This document shows positions 1-12,539 of a DNA stretch of 64,000 nt, piece after piece. The notes under the pieces are model-generated. The model was given only the letters and a program-made list of their open reading frames with translations, ran no database searches and was not told the DNA's origin. The stretch comes from Oopsacas minuta (lineage: Eukaryota > Animalia > Porifera), in the NCBI GenBank assembly GCA_024704765.1, contig JAKMXF010000346.1, forward strand, positions 130,803-194,802, read 5' to 3'. The stretch's first letter is position 1, and each line of letters opens with the position of its first letter. A program made the translations under genes and the position numbers.

Positions 1-1167
1 GTGACTAAAAGTAAAGGTTTTTAAAATCAAAATATATTGCTTGAAATGTTCAACTCTCTTCTTAACAATGGCACAAATTTAGTTTAAATCTGTTGAGTAT
101 AAGTGAGTCAAATTAGTAACTGTAGTGACCCTAGTTAACTTATTCGTTGAATTTTTCACAATAGAATATTTCAAAACGTAAAGAATATTTTTGAAAGAAA
201 TTTTAACTACATAATCCACCAGCCCCCACTAGTGTGTAGAAGAAAATTGTATCAAAATAATATTGAGAAGCCGATCAAATAACATATTATAGTTGACACG
301 AATGGAAAAATTTCAAAACCTCAATGCAAAGTCATCACATTTTACAATTCTGATGACATTTTCGTAATCCATCAACTCTATATTTTGAAAAATGACAAGT
401 ATTTTTCTCTATCTATATGATATGTCGGTCAAATTCACGATTGAAGTATACACGATTTTTTCATTTGATTTCCTGCTAACTTCTTTTTCGTCAAAAAATG
501 TAACCCTTGGGGTCTTTTAGTGCGAATTTGGGAAAAAAAGATGAGGAACTCCTGGATAAAGTTGAGTTATAGTCATTCTAAATAGTTGTGTAATTGAAGA
601 ACAATGTGATAGTATGTTAGTTAGCTTGTAACTGCATACTCTCCTATTCAATTTTCTTTTACTTTAATTCATGTTTTGCATTCTGGGGAGCTGGATCCTC
701 ATTGACAGATGAGGCCCTGGCCCCCCAAATTTGGGTAGTTCTACATCCATGTCTATACGAACTATTCCTTTGGGTATTAGAGAATCCGAATCCATGCGAA
801 ATATACATATCTTTGATAATTTGAATCCAAATCCATCAAAAATTTATGGATTTTACATCATGACACCTTCATTCAACATCTATAATCTATGCGACGCTCC
901 CTCCCCTATGCTTCCTAGTGTTAAGAAATTCTAAAGATTTCGACATTTGGAAAATATACAGCCTTTCCTATATTTTTACAATTTTTAATATCAAATTTCG
1001 CCAGACTACTATTGTAGGAGCTGCAAAATTGTTCAAATATTTAAATTGATATACTTTACACAATTACATATATATTGCCACTTTATTTAATTCACTTGAT
1101 ATACTTTGCTTTTTGAGACAAATTATTTCCATTATTTTCTCCCATTTATTGCTAGCTACTGTCTTTT

Positions 1168-3189
1168 ATGATGGATCATACTAATTTCTCATCAAGATCT
1201 ATGATTTTAGATAATATTTATTCAGATAGTCCGAAGGAACTCTTATGTTTGCTTGATCCTATTCTTGGCAGTACAGGGTGCTTACGTAGTGCCAATGATG
1301 TAAACCTACTTGTTAAATATATGGAAAAAAGTTCTTTCATGGTTTCTCAATGTATTGTTATTAGTATTTTACGAAATACACGCGCCCCTAGCACTTTGGA
1401 AAGGTTTGTCGAGTCAAAAGGATGGGCAATCCTTAGTAATTGGCTTAAAGCTGCTAGAGATAGAAATGAAATCAATTATCTTATTGAATTAATACATGTA
1501 CTAATGAAATTTCCTCAGACAATAGAGAGTTTAAAACAAGGGAACATTGGGAAGATTATTAAGCAATTAAGTAAAAGTGACAATTATGAACTTCAGAAAA
1601 TTTCTAGGAATGTACTTATAAAATGGAAAGAATTTTTAAAGGATAACCAAACAAAAGGTATGATAAATATAGGTGGAGAGAAATATGTTGGCAGTTTTGA
1701 AAGCGCTGCTACTGACCCGATTTCCTACACAAATCTTAAGACAATACAATCTGTACCAAACTCTTTTAAAAAGTTTACTCATTCATTAACTGAATTCAAA
1801 CCCGCTAAGTCTATCCAACGTGATGCAACACTAAAGAAAGTTAGAAATAATTCAGATTTAACCATGAATGCAGCACCTGTTGGTAAAATTCCTAAGTTAT
1901 CTCAACCAAAGTATATTGCTCCTAATCCAGATACTACATTGAATTCACCAGTCAGTTCTACACATTGTAGCAAGTTTTATTCATCAAAGCATGATAATGA
2001 GAAACTATTCCCGAGTTCATCCCAAAATTCAAATTCCAGAAAACACTCATTTTCTTCGAATAAAAGTTCTTCTGTTGATAGTAAAAAATTCTCTGAGGCA
2101 ATTTTTGGATCTACTAACCGTCGATCTTCTCTTAAAAGATTTTCTAACTCGCTCATTCCGCAAAGGTCTTATCCTGAACGAATAAATGATATTCTTGAAC
2201 ATACTTATTCTGGACATGAAATCGAAATTCCAAACAGCACCAATGTCCAAAGTAGCATATTTAATGATGAATTTGATGAACATTCTGGTGAAACACTTAG
2301 CTCTTCAAATCCATTATTGCGGAAGCATGTAACCTGGGCCCCTGATGAATCGCTCACTCAAGTTCGTTATATTGAATTCGATGAAGCCGAATTCACTACA
2401 ATTCAGATTCATGGTACCTTTCATGATGCGATTTTGCAAGAAAAACGTGCTGAGAGATATGCTCTTGCTCACATTTTTGCCAATGATAGGATGTTAGCAT
2501 TGGTTCAATGGACTACTCCCAATTTAATTGATTTTTTGGAACCTCTTGTTGATTCAGGTTCTAAGAGCGAAGAGTCATTTACTCAAGCTACCCGTGAGAG
2601 ATCAGTTCTTGCCTTACTATTTCTAACCAAAGATGCCGCTCCTGATGATCCTGCAGAACCTGACATTGAAGAAATTCTATGCTTTAAAGAGCCAAGGATT
2701 ATACCTCAATATGAACCAGGTAAGGAACCCATCCTTGATACTAACTCATCGACTGCTTCACCTGGGAAATCAAAATTTGCCACACCAATTATGCTCAACC
2801 CTTCAGATATATCTACTCCTATATTTAATCAAATTCCGCCATCAATGCACAATATGCCTTTACTTCCCATTCCAGCTCATTTTAATTTCTTTCACTCAAA
2901 CATGCCTACCCTAAACCAAATATCATGTGAAACAACAGATCAACGTCCTGTCTCCAATCAATCCAACATACCAATGCTTCATTCCACTGATTCTCACTTC
3001 GTTTCATCCACTAACTATGGAACAAATAAATTATATCCTTCTGTTTGTCGCGGAAACAGATACTCTTCATATCATAAGACAGGATTCAAAAACTTTAAAC
3101 CCCGTGGAAGAGGTAAAACTAATCAATTATGTCAACATTATTTCAAAGGTTATTGTAAAAAAGGTGAAGCATGTGATTATCTCCACTGA
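1168..3189 (+). CDS. PPP1R10: PP1 nuclear targeting subunit PNUTS (intronless, 673 aa)
   Basis: N-terminal TFIIS-N-like domain (SPKELL...GWAILSNWLK...LKQGNIGKIIKQLSKS) matches recalled human PNUTS (DPKELL...GGYKLLNNWL...LKQNNTAKLVKQLSKS). PP1-binding RVxW motif RKHVTW (human RKSVTW). Conserved SGSKSEE..Q..RE..L..LFL.K...PD.P.EPD block. Terminal C-x7-C-x5-C-x3-H zinc finger. Confidence 0.93.
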   Translation: MMDHTNFSSRSMILDNIYSDSPKELLCLLDPILGSTGCLRSANDVNLLVKYMEKSSFMVSQCIVISILRNTRAPSTLERFVESKGWAILSNWLKAARDRNEINYLIELIHVLMKFPQTIESLKQGNIGKIIKQLSKSDNYELQKISRNVLIKWKEFLKDNQTKGMINIGGEKYVGSFESAATDPISYTNLKTIQSVPNSFKKFTHSLTEFKPAKSIQRDATLKKVRNNSDLTMNAAPVGKIPKLSQPKYIAPNPDTTLNSPVSSTHCSKFYSSKHDNEKLFPSSSQNSNSRKHSFSSNKSSSVDSKKFSEAIFGSTNRRSSLKRFSNSLIPQRSYPERINDILEHTYSGHEIEIPNSTNVQSSIFNDEFDEHSGETLSSSNPLLRKHVTWAPDESLTQVRYIEFDEAEFTTIQIHGTFHDAILQEKRAERYALAHIFANDRMLALVQWTTPNLIDFLEPLVDSGSKSEESFTQATRERSVLALLFLTKDAAPDDPAEPDIEEILCFKEPRIIPQYEPGKEPILDTNSSTASPGKSKFATPIMLNPSDISTPIFNQIPPSMHNMPLLPIPAHFNFFHSNMPTLNQISCETTDQRPVSNQSNIPMLHSTDSHFVSSTNYGTNKLYPSVCRGNRYSSYHKTGFKNFKPRGRGKTNQLCQHYFKGYCKKGEACDYLH

Positions 3190-3479
3190 ACTTTAGAATA
3201 ATTGACTATATTGTAATTTATCTTATAAGTATTTTCCAACCATATTCTTGCTTATGTTTAGATACAAATGTGTTGTAACTTTCAAAAATACACGGTGTTC
3301 CAGGTCTCTATTCTTGATTATGAAATTAGATAACCTTCTTCAACGTATTATTAATTCCATACTAGTTAGAATATACTTAACACAGGACTGATATTCATCA
3401 TTCTCTTTGTACGAAATCCTCAAAAGAAGGCGTGAGAACTTGTCAAAGTTGTCTAATCAGTTAATTTTGCCAGAATGAA

Positions 3480-3760
3480 TATTGAAGGGTTTACCCGTGA
3501 ATCAATTTTCAACCATCTAACATAAGTATACAGGATTCTCCAAGGATTTTCTTATGGTGTGTAAGAATCTATGCTGTGGTCATATACCAATTTATTTTAC
3601 CACTCTACCAAGTGAAATTGGACCACTATTGTAGGGATGCTACTATTTAACAGCACAGCTCCAAACTCTGTTCCGCCTGCCCTGTATACGTATATCTATT
3701 CTAAGAACTTTAGGGTCCTTTAAAGCACAATATTAAACTAATGATATAGAAAGCTGACAA
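3480..3760 (-). pseudogene. Heavily decayed hAT transposase fragment
   Basis: Minus-strand translation gives broken FNIV...EFGAVLLN and CILMLDG* segments resembling the hAT region around the first catalytic D (compare SPFTIVEHPEF...VSMMLDGWS in the 12540 element). Many stops. Confidence 0.35.
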
Positions 3761-4921
3761 TTTGATATTCTAAATTGTAGTACATGGTACCATAGCACAT
3801 AATTTGAGAAAATATTATATTTATCAACTTTACATAATTATTTGTATTTTTAAGCAATAGAACGGAATTTTATGAATTTATTATCCATAGTCCATCCATA
3901 CTACATTTATGGCTGGTGATATGAAGCTGCTACATAGTTTTGAGTTATTAATATTGGTACTTGATGCCTCGGGTTTTAAAAATTTGAAAATTTTGACTTA
4001 TTTTACAATTTATATCCATGATGGTCTAATAATGACAGAATTATTCTAGCATTTGCTCAAAGTGACGATGTCAGAATATTTCTCACATTGAGGAGTCCTG
4101 TAATTCAAGCTTCAACCATCTAACCTTTATGTTGGCTGTGCTGTAGCTAATATGGCTTACAATTACGTCTAGGTTTGTCATAGGAATGAATTTTTGTCCA
4201 AGACTTTAATTTGTCCTAGCCAGGCTGAAAATACCCCCTGTATAATGGGCTTAATTTTTTCTGAAAAATGAAAATAATCTGGGTTATAATCAATTTTCAA
4301 AATTTGATAAATATTCATTTGAGAAATTATAATCAATAAATATTCAATTAAATTTCATTAACAATTTAGTAGAGTTGATAAAGACACTCATCCTTATCAA
4401 ATCTACTTTAGATACTTCGTTTTTTTAATGCCGATCTTTTAGAGCTATTGCACCCGCCTCCATGACAGAAGTATACGAAGATGTGTAGTAATCATTTATC
4501 TGCTCATAATAGGTCCATTCTTTAGATTATTGCAATGTGTATGGTTAGCCCTATGGATCGAAGGTAAGTTAAGTAGTAGTTCTTCAGTAGTCGAACCGTG
4601 GCCCCAGTGACGGACACTAGGGGGTGCTCAAGCGCTCCCAATATATTCAACGAAATTGTGTATTCCTTAGAGAAGGTGATAGATACCACAAAATAAATAC
4701 TGGTACAAACTATAAATAAAAACGTATGTATTGGGATCAACCAATCAAGTTATAAAATTCCTATATGAAGTTCCTAATAGTTATCTAATAAATAAAATAT
4801 TTTGTTCCCATAGAAATTCCATGTTAATACTACGGATTATCGGCTTTTTGAAATGTATCCATCGATCCATAACAGTATCTAATGACAGAACTCACTATAT
4901 CCCGATTCATTGCTAGAAACA

Positions 4922-7900
4922 TTAGATCATTTGCTCTGGCATAATGAAGGCAGTTTCGAGCCCAAGACAAATCCTATTCATTGTGCTGAAACTCTGTTCT
5001 ACAGTAGCAATACTTACTAGTGAAGTTTTAGAAATGGAAATTAACAAGTTTAGATTTTTATAGAGTTCTTGGTCAAGGGAGTGGCCCAGATTTAATAATA
5101 ATAGGCGCTCTTTATAGTTCACTTTTCAGGAAATCGAGGTTAAACCCAAAGCAGCTGTCGTATCGTGAAACCAGGGGTAATAACATGTTTAAATCCAAAT
5201 GACACGATTAATACAGTAGAACTCGGTTAAGACGTACTTGTCTCCAATAACCGAAATTTTCTCCTACCTAATCCATTATAAATGATTAGGTTAAGACGTA
5301 CCCGGTTAAGACGTACAATCGGATAAGACGTACTAAATTATTCTTCCCAAAAGGACAAAATTTATTGAATCGTACTCGTTTAATTCGTACTCGGTTAATA
5401 CGTACTTGGATAATTCGTACTCGGTTAATACGTACTTGTTTAATTCATACTCGATGAACAAAAATACAATTCGTATGTTCTTACACGTACCTTAGTTATT
5501 TATAAAAGGCATCCTCATTTAGGGATAGGCTTAACCAAATGTCAAATGAAATTTGCAAGATAATACTGACAATTTAGAATATTATTTTCAGTACATATAG
5601 ATTGCATTAATCATGGCTACGAATTCAAAGAAATCTCTCACAATTCGACAAAGGATAGACCTTATTACTAGGATAGAGAATGGTGAACCGCTAACAAGCG
5701 TCTGCAAAAGTCTAAATATCTCAAAGTCGACGGTGAATTCAATATGGAAAAATAGGGAAACTCTCAAACTAACTATGACTCGTCTGAAATCAGTGTTGAC
5801 TGTAAGCGGATCCGATCATCGAATTTCACTCAAGTGGATACAGCTTTACTAGAATGGTTTAAGCAGGCAAGAAATTGTAATATTCCTATAACCGGGAAAA
5901 TACTGATGGAAAAGTCCCAGTTCTTTGCTACTGCCATGTATGTTTCAACTTTTAAAGCCACTACAGGTTTCATCGATAGGTGGAAGAAAAGACATTCTAT
6001 AGGGATGAAATAAATTTCTGGTGAAGAGAAATCAGTTTCAGAGGAGAGCATTTGTCCTTGGTTGGATATCACTCTGCCAGAATTGCTCTTGAAATATACA
6101 CCAGAAAATATCTACAACGTAGATGAAACTGCGCTATTTTACAAGTTACGGCCAGAGAGGACGTTGACTTCAAAAGGAGAAATGTGTAGTGGTAGTAAGA
6201 AACAGAAGGACCGTCTTACAGTGCTTGTTGGGGCCAGTATGGCTGGTGAAATGCTTCCACTTCTAGTCATTGGAAAATCCAAGTCACCAAGGTGTTTTTC
6301 GGGTATTAGATCGTTACCTTTAGGCTATTTTTCTAATGCGAAAGCTTGGATGGCGGGAAATTTCTTCCAGCAATGGCTCGAAAAGTGGAATAGAAAAATT
6401 GTATACACGAAACGTTCTGTCCTACTCATAATAGACAATTGTCCCGCACACCTCGTAATCTTGAGCTTCTAACATTTCTATCAAATTTCTGCCACCAAAC
6501 ACCACTACAAATTACAGCCTTGTGATCATGGCATTATACAATCCCTGAAAGTTCATTATCGACACCAATTAGTAAAGAGGCTACTTTCATCAATGGATGC
6601 TAAGGAAGAACTGAAAATAACAGTTCTTGATGCTATGCAGTGGCTGAAGGTTTCATGGGACAAAGTAACAGCCACGACTATTCAAAATTGCTTTCATCAT
6701 TGTAGCTTTAGTCTTGGATCAAATACTGCAGAAATATCAATTGTCTCAGAAGAAGGGCCTGAAAGTATTACATATGAGGAATTGAAGAGCCGTGAAATTA
6801 ATGTTGAAGGTTCATTTGAAGAATATGCTATTATTGACAATGACGTCTCTATTTGTGGCATTCTTACAGATAATGAAATTACAGCAATGGTTCAGGGTGA
6901 CGTTACTGAAGAACCATGTGTAATAGAATATGATGAGGATGATAATACTATTGTGTGCCCAAGCGTGTCAGAATATCATGATGCTCTGAAGATTGTTAAG
7001 CGCTACGTGACCTGTAATTCCAAAAGCTATCTTCTCAATGCTATTAACGAGATGGAAGAACTAATCTATACTTGTAGTGTGAAGCAAAGTTCACTTTCCG
7101 ATTTTTACACTAGCCAATAAGCTATGTGCTAGTGCGAATCATTTTCTCATATTACTCTAGGAAATATTCAACCTATCTTTGATAATTCGTATTTATTACT
7201 CAAAAAGAAATATTTATTGATTGTAGGACATAGTTTACACTTTATACACGGAGACGTTTTTGCTGTATTCTGATAAGTAATACGTATAACAATTTCTACA
7301 CACCTCGGATAAGATGTACCTCGGATAAGACGTACCTCGGTTAGTACGTACTTTTTATTGTTTCCCAAGCTAGTACGTCTTAACCGAGTTCTACTGTATT
7401 ACAATATCACACCAGGATAAATAGGTCAGAGCGCCCCCAATAATTAGCAAAGTGTCCGCCACTGCGTTGACCCCTTTTCTCTGTCATAAGACAGGTATAG
7501 TTGTAGTGCAGAACCTTTTGGAGTCTCTGTGGGAAAATATCTCTGAAACTTTTCAGGGTTGCGTAAAAAGGAATCGACTTAAACTCTGTTTTTACAATTC
7601 GCTAAGATCCTCCTTCACCAACTCAAAAATTCAAGAATTTTCGGGTTACTAACTTATCAGGAAGCTTCAACTGCACGTAATTTTTATGAATAAACAACTG
7701 CGTATTCGTTCCAACGCAATGGAAACTTCTGGAATTGCCTTCAGGGAATCTTGGATTACTAAATTGAGTTGATGGCCAAAGCAGTATAGGTAAAACCCTT
7801 TTTGTTTTTCATTCGAAAGCTTTGCTTTCAGGCCGTTTACTCTGCCAGGCAGTTTTGATGTACCGTCATACCCTTGCCTCCCTTATGCCAGAGAAGGGAA

Positions 7901-8042
7901 GCCCATAACACAGTGCTAATGTTTTTACAAGTTGGAACATGGTCTCGGCGTCAATTATAGATGTCTGATGATTTCCAAGCTAACCTCCGAGCTTTCAGAT
8001 TTTTGTTGCAAACACGGACCCATATCACCACTTGTTCTATTC
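4922..8042 (-). mobile_element. ZMYM1-like hAT transposase relic, split by the pogo insertion
   Basis: 7700-7900 translates to RQGYDGTSKLPGRVNGLKAKL...YCFGHQLNLVIQD (second D and CxxH). 4922-5122 gives VSIATVEQSFSTMNRI (dimerisation domain with catalytic E). The pogo element lies between them. Confidence 0.75.
5214..7396 (+). mobile_element. pogo/Tigger DNA transposon (frameshifted CENP-B-like transposase)
   Basis: Perfect 25-bp TIR CAGTAGAACTCGGTTAAGACGTACT with TA TSDs (5212-13, 7397-98). ORF pieces: HTH (LTIRQRIDLI...STVNSIWKNRE), YNVDETALFYK, KDRLTVL, LLIIDNCPAH. Subterminal ~15-bp repeats. Confidence 0.93.
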
Positions 8043-10083
8043 TAGGGTGCGACCCGTGCGGGCTTTATTGTAAATCACGGGCTGCGGGCACAAAACGGGC
8101 TGAAAAGAGTCAAAAGAACAATTTTACAGATGATGAATATACTTTAATTATAGAATTAGGTCATGAGATTATTACTATTTTAGTATATGTAAGTATCACA
8201 AGTATTATAAATGTTATTTTCGTTTAATCTAATAATCCTCATAGAGAGGTAGAATCATGTCAGTGTTATCTGTAGTCTCAGCTTCAATGTATTGTCTGCT
8301 GATTCTTATCAGTAAGCAATTAGTTACTATATCATTTCCCAAGGATACACGGAGAGGAGAGTGAATATGCTTGTGTCGAGAAACAGTCGTTCAACCGAAG
8401 CCTCACTAACTGCGATTTTGTTGAGTATTTGTTCTTCAAACACTTTCAGTTTGGGGTAATGTTGGATTGTATCACCTTCCAACCAAGCACCAAACTCCCT
8501 GGCATCATATAGCATATCAAAATCTGAATGAACTTTCATTAACTGAAGCCATTTTCCAGTCATTTCGAAGTCAATATCTCCAGTCTTTCCATTTAACCAG
8601 TTTATAAGATGAATAACAATATTTTCAAGCATCCACCTCCTCTTCTCAATCACTGTACATACTTCATCGAATCCTGTCTCTTGTAGTGTCTCCAAAAGTT
8701 CCTCAAACTTGCACATCATTGTAGGCCATGTAGTCGTATCTTCTTGAGCAATATTAAGAACATCAAGAATCGGTCGAGTTCTCTGCAGACAAGCACTCAA
8801 TTTTCCCTTTTCTCTCTCATCATCAAGTTTCACAATGAGTTGCTCCATCCGAACAATTCTTGAATTCCATCTAGTATCAACATAACGAGGGACAGTACCG
8901 TTGGCTACATGTTTATTCAATATGTCAAGTGCTTTCTGACACACTGGAACTGCTGTGAAGATATTACGTAAGCAAAGGTTCATAACATGTGCTGTACACC
9001 GCAATACCAACAAACCACCACATTCATTCGACAATTTCTGCAGGCCAAGTTGAATTGACCGAGCATTGTCAGCGAGTAATGCAATAACCTTGGAATTCCA
9101 CCCTTCGACAATGTTTACTGCTACTCGACCAGCTTCCAGAAATGCATTAGAAGAGTTGTCTTTCACTATTTGGCTAGTTATATAGATTGGTTTTGAACTT
9201 GAGTTAGCAAATCCCAAAAAAGATACAAACTTGTCACCTACCAATAACATTATAATTTATACATATACATATACGTATTATACAATATATTTAGAGTAAA
9301 CATATTAAGCATACCTGTCAGGGAGTTTTTCCACCCATCACAGACGATTGTCATAAATGTACCCTGAAATTCGGCTTTCATCTCCTGCCTGACTTCATCA
9401 GTAATTAATCTTATTTCTCCTCTCAAATCCATTCGGTTTGAACAACTTTCAATCCGCAGCAGGCTCCTTGTAAATTCGCTTTCAAAATAACTCAAAGGTA
9501 AAACATGATCTCCGCAAGATATTAACATCGCCAAGCGTCTTCTTTCTGGCATTGCTGATAGACCTGTCTTCTTCTTGAAACATCTAAGAATACTAGACTG
9601 AGTACCATCTCTGCATTCTAACCTCCTCTTCATCTTATTATACTCCTCCGGATGTTTGTTAGTGATGTGGCGTGACATATGCGAGGTACCAGTCTTTTGA
9701 CTGTTGTATGTGAATGCACTGGAACATAATGAGCATTTAGCGGTATTTGTTAATTTTTCAATAACAAATAAATCTAGAAGTCTAGATGCACTAAACCTAC
9801 TATCTTCCACCATTAATAGAAAGAAAAAGGAAATAACAACGAAACAATCAAAGTGTTGCATATATATAAAGTTTCATATATATACTATTTCGCACACGAT
9901 TTCCCGCATCTTATAACGCGGAATTTATATGAATTCTCAATTCTTTGAGAATACATTCACGAATTCAGCCAACAGTGCCATAAAATAAACAAATTTCCTA
10001 AATCACGGGCTGGTGGAATAAATAAGCGGGCCGCGGGCTTTGATAGCGGGCCACGGACCACGGGCTTTACGGGTCGCACCCTA
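8043..10083 (-). mobile_element. hAT transposon with near-intact spliced transposase
   Basis: 15-16-bp TIR (C)TAGGGTGCGACCCGT at both ends and multiple subterminal CGGGC motifs. BED finger plus CDGW, ADNA, RCTAHVMNL, DTRWNS and SEASVERLF motifs. No 8-bp TSD recognisable. Confidence 0.92.
8229..9813 (-). pseudogene. hAT transposase CDS (~502 aa), one 77-bp intron (9238-9314), one 1-bp deletion near 8380
   Basis: Joining ...CTGACAG|GTATGC...TTGGTAG|GTGACAAG gives in-frame NSLTG-DKFVSF. Adding one T after ERLF restores SRHKHIHSPLRVSL up to TAG at 8229-8231. The start codon (9813) is the most plausible ATG, not proven. Confidence 0.8.
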
Positions 10084-11659
10084 GGCAATGAGGAAATTCT
10101 CTAATTTTTGAAATTTGGGCATTATTATTTTTTGTATAATCATGGTGAGATAATAATATTCCATAATGAGTTAGAATTTGGTAAAATTATGACGTCATAA
10201 CGTGTTGCAAATTGACTCTATTTGTGATTCAAATTTCAAACTTATATAATTATATTACCTTCGCCATAGCAAATACTATGATCTTGGATAACACAAATGT
10301 ATTTTTCTGCTATTTTTTCTATTCGAGGCATGAAGTGTTTAGTGTAGCGACTCGAGAGCACTGATATTTTGCTTTTTCATACATAAGCTATCATATAGTA
10401 CAACGCTTAAGGATATTTCCGCCCCCTCGCCAAGCGACCTAGAAAGCGAAGCGAGCTCTTATAAAATAATTAGGAAGTATAATTATAGCAAACAATACAT
10501 AGAATTCACGTAGTAATCTTTATATGATTTTGTATATCACACTGTGTTTTCAATCAATGACTACCCACTTTATCGAGGGAGGCTTATATCTATAGTGCTT
10601 ATCTGCCTACCCAAGTGTCTAAGGAAGATGGCAAACCTCACACCTTCCTAATTGGGTGTTAAAGGAGCAAAATGATTTTTCAAATTTGAAAAATGATAAT
10701 TTCATGGTCATCCAATGCCGGCTTATATACAATTTGTAAAGGCATTGAGAATGTATGTAAATCTACCTTGAAAACCATGCTCCTACTTGAATTTTTTTAT
10801 TTAAATGCCTTGAATATTAGGATGAAATAATGTTTTTAGAATATTCTATAAGACGTAAATATCTATGCTATTAGCAGATATTGATAAAACATTGATGTGG
10901 CTTATATTGACATCTTATTGTATATAAACTACATTGAATCCATACTCCATATTCCATAGTAATATGAAATAATACAATGCTACTATAAAGTTACTTAATA
11001 AACAATCGAATTTTACTGTGCAGAAAATGCTTTGCTTAGTCTTGATCTTAGTGGAAAGTTGTTTTTTTGATTCGTATTCAATCTACAGCGTACATGTTTC
11101 TGATTATGAACAAATATTTGTAAAAGGATTAATTGTGCACTCAAATTTTTCTCCACGAAATACGATTATTATCTGACACAATTTTCACTTTTGGCCCACG
11201 TTTATAATTACCCATATATATATTGTATTAAATGGTGTAAATAGAGTAGTATTGTTATGTTTGACTAATGGTTTCAAGGTGTCCCGAATGTGTACAGGTT
11301 CCGTTTTTTTGGCCCACCAGCTACTTGACTTTACTACCCTTATACCATGAAACGATCTTCCGAGCACTTAGTTATGACTTTTTGTCATTAGTGGTTGATA
11401 GCCATGTAATTATTGCGTAATTTTCAATAATTGAACTGGTTTCAGGCTTTGGATATGATGATATTAACATTTGTTGAACCCTCAAATCTGATAGGTCAAT
11501 ACATATTGACTTATATCTCTGAGAGTTTTTGAGATATCGCTTAGATCTTAGAACAAGTTCGCAGATTTATCATATTCCACACTTATTCCAAATTTCAAGT
11601 ATATATCTCATACCAGTACATCGATCTAATTCACTAACAACTATTCAGTTATGCTATTT

Positions 11660-12500
11660 AGTTGTACATGACCTGTCGGGTACCTGGTATTGAGACTAAT
11701 AATGCGATAAAAATGTTCATAATCAATGTATTATATATGCCAGACTGTGAGAAGAATGAGATACACAAACGACTGAGGTATTTTGTCCAAATATTTTAAG
11801 GGATCCATAGGATGTGATAAAATTGGTATAGTAGTTTACAGGAAAAGATTGAGACCGCTGAACTAATAGACGTGACCTACTTAATTAAGGAGTTATTAAA
11901 AATTTTATTTTTAAGCTACTGTAAATTCCCGTTGTAACGTAGACGGATATCAAGGAACTATCATCTTAACTCGAGGCTCGAATTCATACATCAAAAGCTC
12001 TATACTCCATATTTCTTGCACATGATTTGCTTGCCACAGATACACATCCCCAAAGAAGGACTGTCACTGGAGAGTTTTATGTCAAAAGTTGTTTATCGGC
12101 AGTTGAAAAACACTATCGGGGTCGGAGACATAAGTCAGGTACCCAAGATCTGAGATTATTAGACAATGATGCACATTCATACAAGACAAAGCTGGTAAAG
12201 TCAGAATTGGAACAAATAAATCATCAAGTTAGAACATCCATCCTACTCACTGACCTAGCTCCTTGCGACATTTGACTCTTTTCAAGTAGCATCATCCTGA
12301 ACAGAATAGACCTAGAAAACGCCGTTTGGAGATCCCTAAAAGTCATCCCACCCGAAGGTTATAAATGGTATTTCGATTGGTTGGCTATTCTAGAGCGGGT
12401 CTTAGAAGATAAGAGTAATTATTTCGAGAAAATTGAAAATGATATCTTGATATCTGTAAAATTACAATATTATAGGTTTGGGTTGAGAACTTTTTCTACA
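11660..12500 (+). mobile_element. Decayed mariner fragment
   Basis: 12027-12275 translates to TVTGEFY...LLDNDAHSYK...DLAPCD (mariner HDNA/PHxxYSPDLAPCD region). Boundaries approximate. Confidence 0.65.
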
Positions 12501-12539
12501 GCTGTTTTATGTTTGATAATTGCTGTTATATATTTATGC

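Noticed and set aside
731-934. Short ORF upstream of PNUTS and other short ORFs antisense to transposases (e.g. 9704-9916, 41902-42173)
   Set aside because: Non-ATG or shadow frames with no motifs; expected by chance.
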